Shown: positions 29,187-34,233 of the stretch, piece after piece | How the letters are laid out: each line of letters starts with the position of its first letter | Position numbering within the stretch: the stretch's first letter is position 1 | Source of the DNA: a virus | Virus record (IMG/VR): IMGVR_UViG_3300025151_000010 | Span: 1 to 34,233 of that record | Direction: 5' to 3' (one strand) | Length of the DNA: 34,233 nucleotides | Notes under the pieces: generated by a model | What the model was told of the DNA's origin: nothing | Database searches by the model: none | What the model saw: only the letters and a program-made list of their open reading frames with translations | Position numbers and translations under genes: made by a program

Positions 29187-29190
29187 GTTT

Positions 29191-30117
29191 TTATTCGAGT
29201 TCCCCTAATTCGCGGAGTTTATTTCTTGACCAGCCCAGCGCCGACTTGCCACCCCACAACAAAAACGAAATAGTACCGCACGCGCTGGTGTCGTTCGGGT
29301 CATAGTATTCCTCGGCTCGGCTGAGGTACGAATACATTCGTTTAATTGTTTGAAGGCTTAATGGTTTACCCTGGGCAATTTGTTGCGCCCTAACCTTACC
29401 AGTTTGTGTCGCACATTTATTACCATTCTTTTCGTTTAGTTCGATACCTCGCTTGGCGTTATTACGAATTCCCTGGCCGTAATCGGAATACGATTCCATC
29501 TCCATTCGTTTGCCTTTTTTATAACGAGCATCGGGGCGTATAATGGCGCGAATCTCACTAAGGATTAGTTCGGCTTCTTCTTCATCGATAGAAGCCCTTA
29601 GTTTCATTTTATCGGCGAAATAACCTTCAATACTAAAGCCCTGGACTTTGCCCGTTTTAACGTAATTCTCCCACACGTCATTGTTTTCGACTTTCATCGA
29701 AATCATCCACGTGCCTACGGGAAGGCTCATATTGTATAGCGCACTCTTGTCTTTTTCCACGTCCTCAATAATCCAGGATTCAACCACGGACAAACCATTG
29801 ATTGAAACCTCGTGTTCGAGAGTGGCTTTGTTTTGGTGGCCACGCTGGAAGAATAATTCGTTAGCGCGTCGAATGGTTTCTTTGCTGAAATACACATAGA
29901 ATTCTTCGGTGCCGTTTCTTCGGTAGATTGGCTTATTAGGAATAAGTGCCGCACCCATTAGAATTCGTTTCTCTTTATCGTGAACGGCAAATTCTTGTCG
30001 TCCCTCGTCCTTCAATGCGATGAAGTTTTCTTCTATTGCTGGTTCGGAAACAATGCTAATCGCATCAATGCCATTCGCAAGGCTTTCCTCGTCCAAAATA
30101 AGTTCGATGATTCTCAT
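29191..30117 (-). CDS. XkdF-like prohead serine protease domain protein with C-terminal extra domain (308 aa)
   Basis: GIDAISIVSEPAIEENFIALK...ILMGAALIPNKPIYR...ATLEHEVSINGLSVVESWIIED resembles the XkdF/S78-like family. It lies upstream of the scaffold and MCP genes. Confidence 0.65.
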   Translation of the reverse strand: MRIIELILDEESLANGIDAISIVSEPAIEENFIALKDEGRQEFAVHDKEKRILMGAALIPNKPIYRRNGTEEFYVYFSKETIRRANELFFQRGHQNKATLEHEVSINGLSVVESWIIEDVEKDKSALYNMSLPVGTWMISMKVENNDVWENYVKTGKVQGFSIEGYFADKMKLRASIDEEEAELILSEIRAIIRPDARYKKGKRMEMESYSDYGQGIRNNAKRGIELNEKNGNKCATQTGKVRAQQIAQGKPLSLQTIKRMYSYLSRAEEYYDPNDTSACGTISFLLWGGKSALGWSRNKLRELGELE

Positions 30118-30149
30118 AGTACTATAACGATTGATTAACCAAATGTTGC
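30115..30149 (-). promoter_or_regulatory. late-type motif copy L4: GCAAC-N15-CGTTATAGTACT-ATG
   Basis: Minus strand reads GCAACATTTGGTTAATCAATCGTTATAGTACTATG. It overlaps the 3' end of the upstream gene. Confidence 0.5.
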
Positions 30150-31961
30150 GTTTTCAACGATGCGACGGTCAAGAGATTGCTGGGTAGTTACATCTTGTCC
30201 CACTACATAAGCCCTTTGTGGTCGTTCGGTATTTTGACTAATTGCCCCCAGGAGTTGTGTATTAGGATTCGCACTTGCCCCCACAATTCCAACACTCGGT
30301 GCCAGGCTTTGACCAAATGCACCACCACCGCTTTGTGGTCGTGCCCCACTTGAAGCACCTCCGCCCGACTTATCGCCAAACTTGGTATTCTTAATTGCTA
30401 ACACCTGGGCTAAACCCGAGATACCAGCGATACCAGCCTCAATGAATCTACCTCCTGGAATTGGGTTAACGGTGGCTAATGCACCCGAAATAGCATTTGC
30501 CGTGTTCATTATTGCCGTACCTATATTCAGCGCCTTGTTTACTTTGAAGGCTTTTCTCTGCGCCTTTTCGTTATCCCCAGCCAATGCCGTAGCAAGTTGT
30601 CCAACGGCTTGAGCCCCCTTCTCAGCAAGTGCTAATTTTGAATCCTGGAGGGCACGTTCGTCATCGATTTCTTTTTGCTTTAATTCGGCTAAAGCCTCTT
30701 GACGTTTTTGTTCTAACACCGTGGTGTCCTGGCCATACTTTTCAGCCAGGGCTACAAGTTTGTCGTACTTGTCATTGATTTCGAATATCTCGTTTTCCTT
30801 GTCGGTGGCATTGGCTTCACGAAGGGCTTCCAGGGCTTCAAGACGAGCCTTTTCTTCCTCGGCTATTCTTTTGGCTTTTTCGTCAGCACGTTTCTTTTCT
30901 TCCGCCGCCAATTCACGCTCAAGTGCTTCCGTTTCGGTAGCCAATCTTTTTTGTCTTTGAATAGTGGCTTGTTCGAGTTGTAATACCCTGGCTCGTGCTT
31001 GTGCAATTTCATCAAGGGTTTCCTCATTTGAATCGGCGAGCGCCGCCTGGCCTTCAAGGATTGCAAGTTTTTCTTTTTGAGCGTTTAATTCTTTTTGCGC
31101 TACTTCTTCTTCCAGTTCCCCAGCCTTTCGAATCGCCGCTAATCTTTCTTCCTGGGATTTTGTTTCGTCCATTGCAATCAAACGAGCCTTTGCAATTTCT
31201 TTGTTAGCCCTGGCACGGTCAACAATCAATTCACGTTCGATTTGTTTTACACGGTTCATTTGGGCTTCTAATTCCGCCGCCGCTTTAACATCTTCCCGTA
31301 CCTCTTTTGCTATCTTCTTGCCCGTTTCAACCATCGCTTCCATTATCATAGCCGACGGGTTTATCCCACGGTTGAGGTCAACGAAACTTTGACCAGCATC
31401 TTTAAGTGCGCCTTTGAAATCCCCCTTGAATAATTTTACCATAGCGCTCCCCAAAAGTTTTACGCTATTCAATACCAATTCAAATCGTCCAATAACGAAG
31501 TCTTTGATTGACTTTCCGAAATCCATGAGGGCTTGTTTCGGGTTTGTAAATAGGAAAACCAGTTTTTCTCCTACCTTGCTTACCAAGTCTAAAAACACAT
31601 CAAACCCAGCCTTAAGACCAGCCGTTGCAACACGAAGGGTTTGTGCCCCTTTTTCGGTACGAGAGAAGTACGCCGCCAAAGAGGCAAACACAACCACTAA
31701 AGCACCAACACCCGTTGATATGATTGCGCCTTTCAAGGTTCTAAATCCATTGGCTACACCACGCACCGCAGCGAGTCCACTTTTACCCATCATTACAAGA
31801 CCACCAGTTGCCGAGTTCGCCGCCGCCGTTACACCGCCGATTTCAGCACTCGTTTTCTTGGAAGCCTTTCCCGTGTCCTTGATGCCTTTACCCATCTTGG
31901 AAATATCCTTCTCCGCTCGTTGGGTTTTGGCTTCAAATACTACCGTTACTTTTTCAGACAT
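30135..31961 (-). CDS. tape-measure-like coiled-coil/transmembrane virion protein (608 aa)
   Basis: Hydrophobic segments (AIISTGVGALVVVFASLAAYF), a long central Ala/Glu/Lys coiled coil and a Gly-rich C-terminus with IGTAIMNTANAISGAL. Its position in the gene order is atypical for a TMP. Confidence 0.5.
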   Translation of the reverse strand: MSEKVTVVFEAKTQRAEKDISKMGKGIKDTGKASKKTSAEIGGVTAAANSATGGLVMMGKSGLAAVRGVANGFRTLKGAIISTGVGALVVVFASLAAYFSRTEKGAQTLRVATAGLKAGFDVFLDLVSKVGEKLVFLFTNPKQALMDFGKSIKDFVIGRFELVLNSVKLLGSAMVKLFKGDFKGALKDAGQSFVDLNRGINPSAMIMEAMVETGKKIAKEVREDVKAAAELEAQMNRVKQIERELIVDRARANKEIAKARLIAMDETKSQEERLAAIRKAGELEEEVAQKELNAQKEKLAILEGQAALADSNEETLDEIAQARARVLQLEQATIQRQKRLATETEALERELAAEEKKRADEKAKRIAEEEKARLEALEALREANATDKENEIFEINDKYDKLVALAEKYGQDTTVLEQKRQEALAELKQKEIDDERALQDSKLALAEKGAQAVGQLATALAGDNEKAQRKAFKVNKALNIGTAIMNTANAISGALATVNPIPGGRFIEAGIAGISGLAQVLAIKNTKFGDKSGGGASSGARPQSGGGAFGQSLAPSVGIVGASANPNTQLLGAISQNTERPQRAYVVGQDVTTQQSLDRRIVENATFG

Positions 31962-32089
31962 CTTCTCATTTGTTTTATCCCCTGGGTTACAGAGGTAATT
32001 CGTTCATATTTTCCTTTGGCACGTTCGGTTAATTCACCAGCACCATAGTGTTCATCTACCCACAAAATTTCTAATACCTTGCTAATCAT
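31946..32089 (-). CDS. 47-aa ORF filling the gap between two structural genes, missing from the ORF track
   Basis: Read by hand: MISKVLEILWVDEHYGAGELTERAKGKYERITSVTQGIKQMRRCLKK. It starts 2 nt after the upstream stop and overlaps the next start by 16 nt. Confidence 0.4.
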   Translation of the reverse strand: MISKVLEILWVDEHYGAGELTERAKGKYERITSVTQGIKQMRRCLKK

Positions 32090-32090
32090 A

Positions 32091-34233
32091 TTACGGTTCT
32101 TCAGTTCCGCCACCGCCCGTGTCTACCTCGGATTCGTATGCGCTTGCTATAATGTTAGAAACCACCACAAAAGGTACTGACGGGGCATTAGGTTGTTGAG
32201 TGGTTCTCGTTCCGTTTACTGTATTGATGTTCCCCAGGGAAGTACCTTGCGACCCCGTACCCACAAATGTTATTCCGTTGTTATTGGCTGACGGCGTACC
32301 CACATTCCAGTTGTTGCCCGTGCTTGATGCCGAGTAAATGTTTATGTCGGGGTATGTCATTAAAGTAACCTTCGCTTCTTCCTTCAACATATCGTATTGA
32401 ATACCGTCGATTTTATAGTAGTAACCCGATATGTTTATTGTTTCGCTTAAGTCCAGGTCAAGCCACTGCCCTACTGGAAGCCGTAGGGTAAGTTCTACGA
32501 GCCTGGATTGTGAAGAATAGATGCGAGATATATAACCGAGCCAAAACTCGCTTAGAATCGTTTTTTCAGGGGCATCGCCACTAAGGGTAGATTCAAGACT
32601 AAACGCCAGGCTTCGAGAAGTCGACGCAGTTGGATAGGCATTGTACGGGCTTATGATTGGGAAGGAGGTTTTTAATGAGCCACCGAAATACCAATCGTCC
32701 GAAGATTTCAGCCCGTTGTAATAGAATAAAAGGAAGTTAATTTGAATCGGATTTAAGCCGTTATCCAATGCCTGGAATAATTGAATATCTGTGGTCGATG
32801 CAACACTCCCGTACTGGTTTATGTCCCGAATCAAAGTAGGTGGGAATACTTGGAAAGGGGATTGCACCTTCAAATCCTTGCTACCAAAATCTACCGAGGT
32901 GCTACTCTCCGATGACCCAAATTCACGAACGGCGTTTTGGGTAAATGCTTGGTTTTGGAAATCCGTTGATTTTTTATGCTTGAACGAAAGCCTTTTGGCT
33001 ACGTCAACCTTCTTGTGTACCACGGAGGAAATATCGGCGTACTTGCTCCAGTCTTTTGTTGCCCCGTTATCGTACCAATCCTTAAGCGGTTCTACATCGA
33101 TTCGCGAATCACTAATCGGAAGTAAAATACAGTTGAATGTTTGTAATACCCCGTTCAAGAATTCAGCCACTTTCACTTTAGGCATTAACTCGCCAAAATT
33201 GATATTCGTATTGCTACTTGTATTCGGTCCCGATGTACATTCGAATGTTATATTGCTAATCTGCGCTCCCGATTGCGTAGAAGAATAACGCATTGTAATC
33301 AAATCCCCAGCGGCGAGAGTAACCGCAAAAGAATCCGTCTTATTTCCCGTAGTGGTATGCGTATTTCCATTGGCTACGCTTGAACCATTCTTGTATAGTT
33401 TTGAGGCGATTGTTCCACTTTGGGTAGTGGCTACATAGTACGAGTTTGTGAATGAATATAACCCAGCCGTAGGCGCAGTAAAAGTACCCGAGGTATAGTT
33501 CATTGCATTGACCGTATCTAAGGCCTCAGCCGTGTAGGTCATTGTAACATAAAAGTTACTCATACCAAAGTTGTAGGTCGTCGCCCTGGACACTTCAAAT
33601 TTAGGTACGACGGTGGCTACATTTAATGTACCAGCGTAAGCCGAGGGGCACACATAAAGGTCATCAAGGTGGGAATTCGTATAGAAACTTCCCTGGCTAT
33701 CATATCCGTAATGTGTGAAAATCGCCTTTACCATTTCGGTCAATAAAAGGGCTGGTTTCAAATCGGAAATGGTAACGCCCCCCGTACTTGTCGCTATGTT
33801 TTTTGAGATAGAAGTACCAGCCGATGAATAGTTAAAGGCTTCGCCCCAGGCAATCACGGGGTACATAACCTTACCACTAAGCAAGTTTCCGTTCCAGGAA
33901 TTCGTTATGTTTTGGGAAGTACGGGCATGAGTATAGTCGTCCCATTGAATCGCCTGGAGAGTATCTTCTCCCATAGACGAGGACAGTTTTTTGTTGTCCC
34001 CGTAAAACACGATTGAATAGTCCTGGGGTTGCCCGTCCTTGAATGTTACGCTATTTAATTCTACTACGCCGTTGAATACTTCGATGCCGTCTATTTCGAT
34101 AACCGCTGGGGTCTTGTTGTGGGCATCGTATCCACCTACAACATCAACATTGTAATAGTGTTTGAAAGCCTTATTATTTCGGGTTGATGCTGGTACCTTA
34201 AACGATTGGGAATAATCGCTGACAACCGATTTA
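32091..34233 (-). CDS. 3' part (plus junction overlap) of the 745-aa tail-tip/baseplate-like structural protein gene; the true start is at 194 across the circular junction
   Basis: The frame stays open upstream of the track start (GTG at 34010) to the window edge and joins in frame to 194..1. The protein is Ser/Thr/Asn-rich and typical of tail tip or fibre proteins. Confidence 0.8.
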   Translation of the reverse strand, partial: KSVVSDYSQSFKVPASTRNNKAFKHYYNVDVVGGYDAHNKTPAVIEIDGIEVFNGVVELNSVTFKDGQPQDYSIVFYGDNKKLSSSMGEDTLQAIQWDDYTHARTSQNITNSWNGNLLSGKVMYPVIAWGEAFNYSSAGTSISKNIATSTGGVTISDLKPALLLTEMVKAIFTHYGYDSQGSFYTNSHLDDLYVCPSAYAGTLNVATVVPKFEVSRATTYNFGMSNFYVTMTYTAEALDTVNAMNYTSGTFTAPTAGLYSFTNSYYVATTQSGTIASKLYKNGSSVANGNTHTTTGNKTDSFAVTLAAGDLITMRYSSTQSGAQISNITFECTSGPNTSSNTNINFGELMPKVKVAEFLNGVLQTFNCILLPISDSRIDVEPLKDWYDNGATKDWSKYADISSVVHKKVDVAKRLSFKHKKSTDFQNQAFTQNAVREFGSSESSTSVDFGSKDLKVQSPFQVFPPTLIRDINQYGSVASTTDIQLFQALDNGLNPIQINFLLFYYNGLKSSDDWYFGGSLKTSFPIISPYNAYPTASTSRSLAFSLESTLSGDAPEKTILSEFWLGYISRIYSSQSRLVELTLRLPVGQWLDLDLSETINISGYYYKIDGIQYDMLKEEAKVTLMTYPDINIYSASSTGNNWNVGTPSANNNGITFVGTGSQGTSLGNINTVNGTRTTQQPNAPSVPFVVVSNIIASAYESEVDTGGGGTEEP
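34135..34233. repeat. 99-bp terminal direct repeat, copy 2
   Basis: Identical to 1..99. Confidence 0.95.

Noticed and set aside
1-34233. Very-short-patch (Vsr/Dcm-type) repair drive as the explanation for the CCWGG excess.
   Set aside because: It is not supported as the sole cause. The precursor words CTTGG+CCAAG (about 48 by eye) are near the mononucleotide expectation rather than depleted. CTAGG and CCTAG are absent only because CTAG is absent everywhere. I keep it as an open alternative that needs computation.
1-34233. Lysogeny or mobile-element functions: integrase, repressor/antirepressor switch, att sites, transposase.
   Set aside because: No ORF shows integrase or recombinase motifs. 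The only small HTH proteins have no divergent promoter architecture. The genome looks strictly lytic or unresolved, so I make no call.

Overview
The window is a complete, circularly closed tailed-dsDNA phage genome. The first and last 99 bp are identical, leaving 34,134 unique bp, and one gene reads across the junction. Every credible gene is on the minus strand, and most are linked by overlapping stop/start codons (ATGA, TAATG). The regulatory signals look Bacteroidota-like: TTTG-N19-TAnnTTTG promoters and A-rich leaders with no Shine-Dalgarno sequence.

Modules in minus-strand transcription order:
- Lysis: amidase, holin-like and membrane proteins.
- Early/replication: HTH, SSB-like, replication initiator-like, VRR-NUC.
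- An ECF-like sigma factor.
- A 7-deazaguanine DNA-modification block: ParB-like, T-fold paralogue, DpdA-like, QueD, QueE and a PRTase-FolE fusion, with no QueC.
- terS and terL.
- A cassette of small genes plus an HNH endonuclease.
- Tail module, including a T9 slippery site that gives a chaperone-like -1 frameshift pair.
- Tape-measure-like protein, XkdF-like protease, scaffold, major capsid and tail-tube-like proteins.
- A second small-gene cassette.
- Portal (fused to a MuF-like domain), connector and tail fibres.

Main observations for follow-up:
1. CCWGG is about 5-fold over-represented (about 206 sites counted by eye).
2. I found no GATC, CTAG, AGCT or CCGG anywhere.
3. The deazaguanine pathway appears to stop at CDG and has unusual accessory parts.
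4. A phage sigma factor co-occurs with four ECF-style promoter-like motifs that abut ATG start codons, suggesting leaderless late mRNAs.
5. A conserved early promoter occurs in five copies and, with terminators, bounds moron-like cassettes.
6. Two hairpins share an identical 10-nt loop and have compensatory stem changes.

All counts were made by reading the sequence, not computed. All functional calls rest on motifs I could recognise, not on database searches.
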